This document shows, one piece after another, positions 39,304-48,521 of a stretch of DNA of 64,000 bases; position 1 is the first letter of the stretch, and the number at the start of each line of letters is the position of its first letter. Under the pieces are notes generated by a model. That model was not told the origin of the DNA and searched no databases. It was given only the letters and a program-made list of their open reading frames with translations. Origin of the DNA: Candidatus Saccharimonadota bacterium. Lineage in GTDB: Bacteria > Patescibacteriota > Saccharimonadia > Saccharimonadales > OFTM59. A program made the translations under genes and the position numbers. Location: the NCBI GenBank assembly GCA_029260855.1, contig JAJDCK010000014.1, forward strand, positions 6,018 to 70,017, in the 5' to 3' direction.

Positions 39304-40413
39304 CTACTTTCCCGATGCCTTTGGAGGCCGTTTTGTCCCGCCTCCCTCCTCTATGATATCTGCCAGAATAGCGTTTATCTTGCTTGTTGCATCATTCATT
39401 TGCGCTTGTAGGTCTTTGCGCAATTCCATGTTGCGTAATGCCTGGAACTTGGCTTGGTTGAGTTCGCCTGCTTGCTTTATAACAGCTTTCTCAGAGCGAA
39501 TGCGACCGTACACAGCAACAGAAAGCACTAAAGCGGTTAGCATGATAATTAGCAAAAAGAAATGTAATGCGAAAAGATTATGCGCAGCTACCCCGCTATA
39601 TACATAAGGTCCCGTACCGACAAGCGTTCCCCAAATGGCTGCAAGCGCTATAACCATACCTGCGGTAACCGCGCCAATTTGCGTAAAACGCACTGCGGCC
39701 AAAATAATCAATGGGAAAAGAACGTAGATAAACGGCAGGGTCGAACCTAGAGATTGTGGTGGTTGTGTGAATATAAGCAGGCTGACCATTATTACTATGA
39801 GCAGCAGCGCCAGCGCTTCGTAAACGTGCTCAAACAGCCCCTCCCGATACGCTGGTGTACGCCAAGCAACTATAAATGGCACGATTAGAAAAGCGCCCAT
39901 AAGGTCTCCTACCCACCATGTAGTCCAGGCTTCACCTATGCTATATGAGGGCACCACACCACCCAGTACCAAACTACTCACCCCTATAGTTGCCGCAACT
40001 ATAGAGCTCAGGAGAGGCGCTACGACAACGAAGACGACAGACCCAGTAATCGATTCCAGGATTTCGCCATTGAGGATATAGCGCCTAATGAGAAAAACGG
40101 CTGTTACTGCCTCAAGCGTGTTGCCTAGCGCGATGCCTGTCGCGACAGAAGGCGAGACGCCCATTAATGAGTTAATCATAAATGCTCCCACGAAAATGCT
40201 AGGCCAATAGTGGTAGCCCCACAGCAACAACGCCGCCATAGCTATACCGCTCGGAGGCCAGACTGCAGTTATATAATCAAAATTTTGAGAGAGTGAAAGC
40301 CCAAGCTTAGCTGCCAGCATATAGACTACCGATAACAGCAGTAGTTTTATAAGATAAGGCCGCACCCCCTCTTCTTTAATAGCACGTTCAAAGCCAGCAA
40401 GAGTAGAATCCAT
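39304..40413 (-). CDS. Stand-alone MASE1 membrane sensor with short C-terminal coiled coil
   Basis: VWPPSGIAMA, GNTLEAV, WTTWWVGDLMG...P, FP....AAVRF. Confidence 0.88.
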   Translation of the reverse strand: MDSTLAGFERAIKEEGVRPYLIKLLLLSVVYMLAAKLGLSLSQNFDYITAVWPPSGIAMAALLLWGYHYWPSIFVGAFMINSLMGVSPSVATGIALGNTLEAVTAVFLIRRYILNGEILESITGSVVFVVVAPLLSSIVAATIGVSSLVLGGVVPSYSIGEAWTTWWVGDLMGAFLIVPFIVAWRTPAYREGLFEHVYEALALLLIVIMVSLLIFTQPPQSLGSTLPFIYVLFPLIILAAVRFTQIGAVTAGMVIALAAIWGTLVGTGPYVYSGVAAHNLFALHFFLLIIMLTALVLSVAVYGRIRSEKAVIKQAGELNQAKFQALRNMELRKDLQAQMNDATSKINAILADIIEEGGGTKRPPKASGK

Positions 40414-40418
40414 CCTAC

Positions 40419-40673
40419 TTATACCCCTTCATTATTAGCAAGGTTCATCAGGCGACTGACATAGTTGCTTACAAGTTGCTTATCATTTGTTAAAAGCGCC
40501 ATTGATACCCTGCTCCAGGCTGCCAAGGTCTTTAGGTCTTTTTTGGTCAGTTCATCTGGCGATTTGTTGAGGTGGCTGTCAATTTGTCTGTCCACGAATC
40601 GGCGCGCAGCAGGACCAAGATAGTCGGCTGTGACTGCAAGTACGTCCTCGTATAGTGGGTTAATATTCACCAT
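40419..40673 (-). CDS. Small helical protein with YLGPAARRFV motif
   Basis: 84-aa ORF tightly coupled to both neighbours (gaps of 2-5 nt). Confidence 0.75.
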   Translation of the reverse strand: MVNINPLYEDVLAVTADYLGPAARRFVDRQIDSHLNKSPDELTKKDLKTLAAWSRVSMALLTNDKQLVSNYVSRLMNLANNEGV

Positions 40674-40675
40674 AC

Positions 40676-41632
40676 CTAAACTTCCTCGATCTTCTTAAGC
40701 TTCTCGGACCCCTTTGCGATGAACCCGTAACCGATAGCGATAAATACTAAGAGGCAGTAGATTATTGCTAGAAGATACTGAAGCGTCCATGCTTCAACAA
40801 TAGTGTTAAGGGATAACATATAACGCACGGTTGCGCGCGACAAAACGATGAACACTACACCGCTCACAAAATAGGTCAAAGCCTTTCTGTAGACAATACC
40901 CTGCACGCTTTTTTTGTACAGATTTATAAAGTAGGCCGCGTAAAGTCCCATGTACCAAATCAGTAAATAAGGTATGACCACTGTAAATAATAGCAAATAG
41001 TCGGGTAAATAATAAGCTGCGCGCTCGCCTGCGGCTGCCGGAAACTGGCGCACCGGATTGGTAAAAGTTAGATATACATAAGATGTGCCGATCAATGTCA
41101 TTCCTATCATCACTACATATGCGGGCGTTGCCTTCGCTTTGCCGTCCACTATACTTAGTAAGCTACGTGCACCGTTGTAAATAAGCCACACTGCAACCAG
41201 TCCAACTATAATATCTATATAGTTGAAGACTATCGTACTGGTGGCAGCAAGTTGCGGCTGGGTGTCTTGGACAAAGCTCATTAGTCTGTTGCCTATAGCC
41301 CTTAAAGGGAGTCCCAGGGCTAGCACAAAAAGTCCATTAGCGATTGTTGATAAGGACTGCCCGTGCCTACTTTTGTTTATGGCTTGAGAATAATTTTTTA
41401 GTCTTACAGAACCAAAGCAGGCAATAAACCAAATAGCGATATAGGGTAAAATTATTGAAAGCCTTAGATTACGCGCTTCAAGAGGAGCGAGGTCATAGCG
41501 CGTCAATGCGTCCGAACTAGTGGGCATCCAAAAGATAAGGGCAATGTAAGCTAAAGCAAGAATTCCGAACAGCACATAAGCTTGCTCGGGTTTGATCTTT
41601 ATCAACATGTTTCTCCGCAACATCTTAGACAA
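40676..41632 (-). CDS. Multi-pass (about 7-8 TM) receptor-like membrane protein with no cytoplasmic output domain
   Basis: Consecutive hydrophobic helices, ends KLKKIEEV. TATAAT 8 nt before the start. Confidence 0.75.
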   Translation of the reverse strand: MSKMLRRNMLIKIKPEQAYVLFGILALAYIALIFWMPTSSDALTRYDLAPLEARNLRLSIILPYIAIWFIACFGSVRLKNYSQAINKSRHGQSLSTIANGLFVLALGLPLRAIGNRLMSFVQDTQPQLAATSTIVFNYIDIIVGLVAVWLIYNGARSLLSIVDGKAKATPAYVVMIGMTLIGTSYVYLTFTNPVRQFPAAAGERAAYYLPDYLLLFTVVIPYLLIWYMGLYAAYFINLYKKSVQGIVYRKALTYFVSGVVFIVLSRATVRYMLSLNTIVEAWTLQYLLAIIYCLLVFIAIGYGFIAKGSEKLKKIEEV

Positions 41633-41768
41633 CTCCGAAAATTATAGTATGAAACTTTCAGCAGGGCTAGCAGTACATGGCCAAATACGAAAGTTAACAG
41701 CTGGCTAGTCTTTGCCGTTAGCCCTAACATGCCTGTACGACTGCCGTAACAACATAATGGCGCGTAAG

Positions 41769-41918
41769 CTATCCGCGCTTTCGTTTTAGCTGCTTCCACC
41801 TGCGGGCTCGTAGATTTTCTGCTTTTGCTTCCCAGCCTGAAGCTAAGCTTTCATAGAATTTATCAAAACCTAAACCTGCAACGGCTGCAGATTTATAAAC
41901 GACCCTGCTTTTGTGCAT
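41769..41918 (-). CDS. 49-aa basic peptide, paralogue B (absent from ORF track)
   Basis: GGAGG SD, then MHKSRVVYKSAAVAGLGFDKFYESLASGWEAKAENLRARRWKQLKRKRG. Aligns without gaps to 37422-37571. Confidence 0.75.
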   Translation of the reverse strand: MHKSRVVYKSAAVAGLGFDKFYESLASGWEAKAENLRARRWKQLKRKRG

Positions 41919-42002
41919 ACTGTTTCCTCCGTATAATCTCTAGCCATAAATATAATGGAGGCGAGGTCTTCGTACAGTGAGTTTTCTCGCAAACCTTGAA
42001 GC

Positions 42003-42833
42003 TTACTTTTTGTCTGCTTGATGTATAACGCGCTGCGGAAACGGTATTTCAATGTTGTTTTCGCTAAATGCTTCTTTCAGTCTGGCGCGAAACTCTCCAG
42101 CTACGCCCCACTGTCTGCCGGGCTTGACTTTGCCAAGAGCCTTGACTATAACCGCAGAATCCCCAAACCCGTCAATGCGAAGAAACTCTAGTGGCTCTAT
42201 GATTTGGTCTTTCCATGCTGGGTCACTAGCCATTTTTTTAGATGTGCTGTTGATTACTTTTTTTACTATTTCTATGTCGGAACTGTAACTTATGCTGATG
42301 TCCATATTCACAGCTGACCACTCAAACGTACTATTTGTGATCACGCTAACCGTTCCGTTTGGGATAATATGGATATTCCCATCAAGATCCCGTAACTTTG
42401 TGATGCGTAGTGTAATCTTTTCTACAACCCCCGAAACATCACCCAATGTGACAATATCACCGATACGATACTGGTTTTCTATAAGTACAAAAAGCCCTGC
42501 AACAAAATCTTTAATGGCATTTTGCGCGCCAAGTCCAACCACAACACCAACTACGCCAGCACCTGTTAGTAGACCAGCTATGTTAACGTGAAAAATAGTC
42601 AGCAGCCCCACCAGGCTAATCACCCAAACCAAAATAGTGAGCGCCGTGCCAATAATACTAATAAGAGTTTCTTCGCGTTTTTGTTCCGCGAACATACTCT
42701 CAAATTGATGAGTCCGAAGGGCGCGCCTTACAACACTTGCTAGGAAGTGCTTAATAATGAATCGTGCGACAGTAAGCGTAAGGACCAGAATTACTATTTG
42801 ACCTATTTCGTCTTGTAGTTGCGGTAGAATCAC
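42003..42833 (-). CDS. Small-conductance mechanosensitive channel (MscS family)
   Basis: GVVVGLGAQNAIKDFVAG, YRIGDIV, GVVEKITLRITKLR, IPNG, IEIPFPQR. Confidence 0.95.
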   Translation of the reverse strand: MILPQLQDEIGQIVILVLTLTVARFIIKHFLASVVRRALRTHQFESMFAEQKREETLISIIGTALTILVWVISLVGLLTIFHVNIAGLLTGAGVVGVVVGLGAQNAIKDFVAGLFVLIENQYRIGDIVTLGDVSGVVEKITLRITKLRDLDGNIHIIPNGTVSVITNSTFEWSAVNMDISISYSSDIEIVKKVINSTSKKMASDPAWKDQIIEPLEFLRIDGFGDSAVIVKALGKVKPGRQWGVAGEFRARLKEAFSENNIEIPFPQRVIHQADKK

Positions 42834-42876
42834 TGTTTAACCTTAATGCTTTGTTTGGTACTGCGCAAGACGCTAG

Positions 42877-43416
42877 CTACCTAACTTGTGTTGCGATAAG
42901 CGCAAAACTAATCAGCACAAGCACAGAAGCAAGTGTGTTCGCCAGGGGTATAAGTACGTCATCGCTGTTTATCTTGTGGTTTCGAAGCGCATTGTTAATA
43001 ACAAATATTGCTCCAACACTTATCAACAATATAAAAACCAGCGATACAGCGACCAAGAATATATAGGTTAGCAAAACCGTTCTAGATATATCGAACCCTT
43101 GTCGGTATGCAATAAATAGACTCATTGTCGTGACGCCGAAAATACTTACCGGGACACTTATAACTAAAGAAATAAGCAGTTTTTTTAAGCGTTGCCGATA
43201 TAGCTGTGGATCGCCTATGTGCCCAGCGATCAGCGTAACATAATCTCCGGCTATGGCGTTCATGGCTGGAAGCGCAATAATAAGCGGGGTAAAAGATAGT
43301 AACTGGCTTCGTACAGCCTGAATACCAAACCCACCAAAGAGCGCAATAGAAGCTAGCCCTGATGAAAGCAAGACCGATGCCCAAAATCCTCTGTGAGGAA
43401 GTACAGTATGTATCAT
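42877..43416 (-). CDS. Stand-alone MgtE/SLC41-like membrane domain
   Basis: Five TMs, ALPAMNAIAGD, INSDDVLIPLANTLAS. Confidence 0.65.
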   Translation of the reverse strand: MIHTVLPHRGFWASVLLSSGLASIALFGGFGIQAVRSQLLSFTPLIIALPAMNAIAGDYVTLIAGHIGDPQLYRQRLKKLLISLVISVPVSIFGVTTMSLFIAYRQGFDISRTVLLTYIFLVAVSLVFILLISVGAIFVINNALRNHKINSDDVLIPLANTLASVLVLISFALIATQVR

Positions 43417-44075
43417 GTTAGTACCCTGGACACTACGCCAATCATAAGTAGCACCAGCACGTTAAAAACCGTGTTCTCAAACGGAGGGATCACGTCGTCT
43501 GGGTTTGTACGCAATCTTCTAGCAATTAGCGTAACAGTCATGACAAGGGGGAACCCCAGTAAACCGGTTAATGCTCCCGCAAACATGGAAAGCCGTAGTG
43601 TTTGTATGAAGTCCGCGCCAAAAATTAACAGTCCCATGATACCCGCCAGACAGCCCACAAAACTACACGCTATGGTTGCGATTAATATAGATCTCCCTAC
43701 TGCTCTAAGGATAAACCAAGCGTGGCTATGTTTTTCTAGATCAATGTCGTGGTGCACGCTCGCAGCAAGTACTGCTGAGTTGGACACCATAAGGTCTACA
43801 AGACTAGGATATAAAATCAGCGTACTACCAACTAGCAATAAGGACTCCTTGTTCTTTTCTACTAAAACACTCAAGGTGGCCACAGCAACAATAGTAAATA
43901 GCTGGCCCCAAATAATTTGTTTTGTGCTGACGTCATGCTGACGGCGTTTTTGCTCAACAATTGTCCGCCAATGCCCACTTAACTGTTCGAGTAAGCTCAA
44001 CGGTACTTGATTGACATCGGTGTAAATCGGTACATTTTCTGCCCGGCTGTTCCTTTGCGGGGGTGCTGGATCCAT
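43413..44075 (-). CDS. Stand-alone MgtE/SLC41-like membrane domain, second copy
   Basis: Five TMs, LYPSLVDLMVSN, TNPDDVIPPFENTVFN. Confidence 0.62.
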   Translation of the reverse strand: MDPAPPQRNSRAENVPIYTDVNQVPLSLLEQLSGHWRTIVEQKRRQHDVSTKQIIWGQLFTIVAVATLSVLVEKNKESLLLVGSTLILYPSLVDLMVSNSAVLAASVHHDIDLEKHSHAWFILRAVGRSILIATIACSFVGCLAGIMGLLIFGADFIQTLRLSMFAGALTGLLGFPLVMTVTLIARRLRTNPDDVIPPFENTVFNVLVLLMIGVVSRVLT

Positions 44076-44087
44076 CAGTAGCTCATT

Positions 44088-45020
44088 CTAGTTATCAGGT
44101 GTTTCTATTTCAACTTGTACGCGGTGGACGTTTGGGACATCTTGATGGACTGCGGCCTTTACTGTGTCAGTTATTACCTCGATCTCATCTGTGGTTAGCC
44201 GGTCATTTAAGTGCACCTCCAATATAACCAGTAATTTTGAAGAACCGACATACATTGTTCGCAGGTCAAGTACGGCATTGACACCTTTTACACCAAGGGC
44301 GCTATTTGTTATATCGCTGGCTACGGAATCAGAAACCGCGCGACCTACAATTAGCCCCTTGACATCGCGGATAAGAAAGAGCGACCCAGTCATCATCGCA
44401 GCCCCAACAACCATCCCGCCTATACCGTCGAAACGTAGATTACCGGTGAAAACATAGGCGCTCAGGGCGATTAATCCCAGGATTGCGGTCGTTGTACCAA
44501 GCGCGTCAACCAGAAACGTGGCTTTTGTCTCTACCATACCGGAATGCATAAATCGCTTCCACCAATGTTCTGTGCCAAGCGTCTGATTCATGCGTTTAAT
44601 GCTCCGCGAGAACGAGTAGAAGTTTGTGACAAGACCGAATGTTAACATCACAAATGCCAGCCATACATTATCAATACCCGTCGGTGCAATTAGCTGACGA
44701 TAGCCAAGCACGATTGATAATATGCCCGTGCCCAAGAACATGAAGATGCCTGCAATTAGCACCCAAAAAAATATCTCGCGTCCATAACCAAAGGGGTGTG
44801 ATTTGTCCCCGGCGCGAGCTGATTTATTTACACCGACAAGCAATATGACAGCTGTTAGACCATCCGATAGCCCCTGGAGTGATTGTGTTAACATCACAAC
44901 ACTGCCAGTCATCACTGCCACAATTAAATTGAGGGTAATATCCGATAAACTAACAAGTAGCGAAGTGGTTACTACCTTTTTGTCGCTCAGACGTTCGCGT
45001 TTTGTGTGCGATTCATTCAT
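44088..45020 (-). CDS. Cation diffusion facilitator (CDF) transporter
   Basis: TGSVVML, HPFGYGREIFFW, DLRTMYVG, C-terminal dimerisation domain. Confidence 0.92.
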   Translation of the reverse strand: MNESHTKRERLSDKKVVTTSLLVSLSDITLNLIVAVMTGSVVMLTQSLQGLSDGLTAVILLVGVNKSARAGDKSHPFGYGREIFFWVLIAGIFMFLGTGILSIVLGYRQLIAPTGIDNVWLAFVMLTFGLVTNFYSFSRSIKRMNQTLGTEHWWKRFMHSGMVETKATFLVDALGTTTAILGLIALSAYVFTGNLRFDGIGGMVVGAAMMTGSLFLIRDVKGLIVGRAVSDSVASDITNSALGVKGVNAVLDLRTMYVGSSKLLVILEVHLNDRLTTDEIEVITDTVKAAVHQDVPNVHRVQVEIETPDN

Positions 45021-45111
45021 GTGTGTGGTTTTTGACTGGCGTCGCTCAATTTACTATTACCGTTATTATAACGTATAATCGTAAGCAATAAGAAGGTGGA
45101 GGTTTTAGTTT

Positions 45112-45816
45112 ATGGAAGAAAACAATACAGACTATGTCCCCAAGTCTAAAGAACCCAGTGACAAAGCTAGCGGACGCGACAAACTAGTTCTAAGCGTTCT
45201 GCTTGTTTTGTTTTTGTTGGTAATCATCGGGTTGTGTCTTTTGTACATGAATTCTAAACAAAAAATCAGTGAGCACAGTAGCGAGGTAGCATCGCTCAAA
45301 GCGCGCATTTCTACACTTGAATCATCGGTCTTGGCAGACGACACAGGGGTCTCGGGAGAATCAGTAAACTGTTCGGGGGGCTCTGCTTATACGGCAGATA
45401 TCGGCAAGTTTACGATTGAGCTTGACAGCCCTCGGGTTATTATTCGTGCTTTGGACGCAGGGTTTGAGGGCGGTCCGATAACCAGCCTAGAGATCGGAAC
45501 ATGCTTAGTTGATATGACAAATGTTGTGGACACGCCACCAACTGCGGAGGTAAAAATACTTGGCCATCCTGCAAGTTCATCATCGGATTTGCGGTCAGCG
45601 TATGAGTCGCGTGCAGGCATGGCATTAGCAGCAGACGGAACGATAACAATCGCCGGAGTCACGGCAAACAAATATACACTTGACGGACTTTTTCAAACGA
45701 CGGTTGTTTATTTTGACAACGCCGGAATAGGCTACGAAATTGAACTTTCGGACACGAACGATACAACCAATGCGATTCTTGCCGACCTAACCAGCGACTG
45801 GATATTTACTCCGTAA
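45112..45816 (+). CDS. Single-TM exported hypothetical protein
   Basis: TM, short coiled coil, acidic beta-rich domain. GGAGG SD. Confidence 0.7.
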   Translation: MEENNTDYVPKSKEPSDKASGRDKLVLSVLLVLFLLVIIGLCLLYMNSKQKISEHSSEVASLKARISTLESSVLADDTGVSGESVNCSGGSAYTADIGKFTIELDSPRVIIRALDAGFEGGPITSLEIGTCLVDMTNVVDTPPTAEVKILGHPASSSSDLRSAYESRAGMALAADGTITIAGVTANKYTLDGLFQTTVVYFDNAGIGYEIELSDTNDTTNAILADLTSDWIFTP

Positions 45817-45818
45817 TT

Positions 45819-46289
45819 TCAGGCAACTTGATCAAAAAAACTCTTTGCTATATCGGCCACAAATTCACTAGCTTCTTTGATGTCGCTGCCAAGCCGTAGA
45901 GGTAACGGCTTTCTTTGAGCTGAGCTACGAAGTACTGTGAGCCCGTCTTCCTGCCGTTCTGCTGTAAAACGAAGCTTCGCTTCGCTTTCCAAATTTTGCA
46001 GGCCAATCCCAACCAGTATGTCGCCGTGCAATGTTGGCCGGTAGACTATCCTACTTTCAAATCTCTTAGCCCACGATGGCCCGTGTGAAACGACCCTAAC
46101 AGCGCTAGGGCTATCTGTATATCTGTGGGGCGATACTTCTTGCTGTTTCACTTCCCCTCCCTTTTCGTAACTAGCAATAGCTAATCTACCGAGTGTGTGT
46201 GTTGTACCGCTCGGATCGCAGATTGGTGCAAACTCACCACTGAGCGCTTCAAATAAATATGGGCTCACCAACAACTCGGGGCACTTCAT
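45819..46289 (-). CDS. Hypothetical protein
   Basis: ATG 46289 is 7 nt after TG-n-TATTAT. Confidence 0.55.
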   Translation of the reverse strand: MKCPELLVSPYLFEALSGEFAPICDPSGTTHTLGRLAIASYEKGGEVKQQEVSPHRYTDSPSAVRVVSHGPSWAKRFESRIVYRPTLHGDILVGIGLQNLESEAKLRFTAERQEDGLTVLRSSAQRKPLPLRLGSDIKEASEFVADIAKSFFDQVA

Positions 46290-46793
46290 TGTCAATATAA
46301 TACCATAAAATGGTAAACAATCAAAACCTATAACCTGAATCACGAATTAATCAACAGATAAAGCTCCCCCTTGTTGCTATTGATATGCTGAAATTAAAAG
46401 ATGTAAAGCAAAACGAGCGTTCCACAAAAACATCACATACTGCCCGATAGTAGGTGCTCGGTTCAAACCACAAAAAATAAAGCTTTGAGCCTAGGGTTTG
46501 GCCTGTTCCTGCCCGTATGTTTTTCTCCTGCACAGTACATGTATAGGAGGGAGAATAATTCACGAGCGCTAGCTGGGGCATTTGACTCTGTAAGGCTAGG
46601 CTATCGGTAGCACAACCTTAGGGCAAGAATAGGGTGTATTGATGCGCCCTGTTTTCACGTCTCAAAACAGCCTATATCCAGCCTTCAGCTTTCACTATTT
46701 GTCATGAAATCGGTACGAGCTTGGTTGTATAGTTGAGCCGAAAGAAAACTTTTTTCAGATTTTCTTATGGCTGAGCGCGTTGGTCTAGGTTGT

Positions 46794-47309
46794 TTAATAT
46801 CCCTCGGCTTTTAATCGTCCACTGCTTCGTGAATCGTCGATATACTCTTGGAAGATACCATTTGCCCAATCAAGGTAGTCCTTTATATCCTTGATTTTAA
46901 TTGCAATCTCTCCGATTATGAACTCTTCCTTGTCGAATGTTAGACGTGAAAGAAGTTTTTTATTCAAATTGAGGCTTTTATGCCGATCTTTCCTTCTATT
47001 TTCATCGTTGGAATTTGAAATGAGGTCTCTTATGTCGTGCCTAATATGGTCACGTGCCGTTTTCCAAAGTTGGTGAGAGGAATGATCAAAGTTTCCAAGT
47101 GAAAGGTATCTTCTAATGCAGTCCAGGTCTTCTAGTAAGCATGAAACTTCATGTAGTTGCATAAATACACTAGTCGTCTTCGAATACTTTTGTTGATTAA
47201 CTGCTTTTTGATAACGGTCTATCTGTAATGCTGCACCGAGTAAGTAGATCTGTAATAATAAAAACTGCCCAGAGCTGTCGAAGCTAAAATTAGCTTTATT
47301 TTCAGACAA
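46794..47309 (-). CDS. AT-rich hypothetical protein with RDHIRH (HEPN-like RxxxxH) motif, immediately downstream of tRNA-Gln
   Basis: AAGGAG SD with TTG start. Visibly more AT-rich than the core genes. Confidence 0.6.
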   Translation of the reverse strand: MSENKANFSFDSSGQFLLLQIYLLGAALQIDRYQKAVNQQKYSKTTSVFMQLHEVSCLLEDLDCIRRYLSLGNFDHSSHQLWKTARDHIRHDIRDLISNSNDENRRKDRHKSLNLNKKLLSRLTFDKEEFIIGEIAIKIKDIKDYLDWANGIFQEYIDDSRSSGRLKAEGY

Positions 47310-47333
47310 GTAGGTCTCCTTTGGTGCAATACT

Positions 47334-47408
47334 TGGCTGGGGCGGTAGGATTCGAACCTACGAATGCCAGTACCAAAAACTGGTGCCTTACCACTTGGCC
47401 ACGCCCCA
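47334..47408 (-). tRNA. tRNA-Gln(TTG)
   Basis: TGGGGCGTGGCCAAGTGGTAAGGCACCAGTTT-TTG-GTACTGGCATTCGTAGGTTCGAATCCTACCGCCCCAGCCA. Confidence 0.97.
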
Positions 47409-47592
47409 TCGTAACAATGTGAATGTATGGTTATCAGATAGCCAGCAAAACAAGTTTACCCGATTCTATTAGCAACCACACAAAGCCTGCTCCTCTCGGA
47501 TTCATGAATCACTTCACGAACATCAAAAGACCAAGAACAGATTGATTTTACCCTACGCAGAGCAATTGAGCAACGTAGGCTATACTAAGCTT

Positions 47593-48474
47593 ATGCGTGT
47601 TATAGAGCCGAGACAATTCGAAAGTATAAAGGCCGAAAAGAAGCGTCACTCTACCAGCAAAAAGGGCAAGCGCTTGATTATTATTTTGATTCTATTAGGT
47701 GTTTCCTGCTATGGGCTAAGTATTCGTTTAGATAGATCGCAACCGGAGAAGCGACAAGCTCAGGATGAAAAAGCAACAGAAGACAGCGCCACGCAAAGTG
47801 ATGAGCCAAAAAGATTAAAAACTTTCAGTGGTGAGGAGTTCAAGAAGCTATATAGCTCCTTTGCTTATCCAAACACCCAAATGCTAACCGAAAAACCGGC
47901 AATCACCGGCAACAAACAAGCCGATGCGCGCATAAGAGAAATTGCCGAGAGCCGTGGCTACAAGCTAAGTAGCGTCCCAGTAGCAAACATTGTCAAAACT
48001 GGTGAACCGGGCCTGACAGACGATGACTTAATCCAGCCCAATGCACTTATTGCTTGGCAAGAAATGAAGGCTGCAGCGATAAAGGAAGGAATAGTGTTGC
48101 AGATGACCTCCGCCTACCGTTCGGTTGATGCTCAAATGGCGCTTTTTGTGCGCAGGATGAACAATGACGGCGTGTACGAAGAAAGCGTGGCGGCGGGTTT
48201 CGTGGATGACCGAGTAATTAAGCTATTGACCCGAGCTGCACCTCCAGGTTACTCCAGGCATCATACAGGTTACACCGTTGACCTGGCTTGCGATGGTATT
48301 GGCCTTGACGCATTTAAAACAACGAGCTGCTATAGTTGGCTGAGCAAAAACAACTACGAAAATACAAAAAAATTTGGATGGGTACCGAGCTATCCAGACG
48401 GAGCAAGTCTGCAAGGCCCTGAGCCGGAACCGTGGGAATTTATATGGGTTAGTACCTATTCGCTCTACGAGTAG
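47593..48474 (+). CDS. M15B/VanY-type D-Ala-D-Ala carboxypeptidase
   Basis: N-terminal TM, SAYRS, PPGYSRHHTGYTVDL (SxHxxGxxxD), EPWEF (third Zn ligand His replaced by Glu). Confidence 0.88.
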   Translation: MRVIEPRQFESIKAEKKRHSTSKKGKRLIIILILLGVSCYGLSIRLDRSQPEKRQAQDEKATEDSATQSDEPKRLKTFSGEEFKKLYSSFAYPNTQMLTEKPAITGNKQADARIREIAESRGYKLSSVPVANIVKTGEPGLTDDDLIQPNALIAWQEMKAAAIKEGIVLQMTSAYRSVDAQMALFVRRMNNDGVYEESVAAGFVDDRVIKLLTRAAPPGYSRHHTGYTVDLACDGIGLDAFKTTSCYSWLSKNNYENTKKFGWVPSYPDGASLQGPEPEPWEFIWVSTYSLYE

Positions 48475-48521
48475 ATGTATGGGCTTGCAGTTTACTGAGT
48501 ATATGCCGTAGAGTTATTGCA

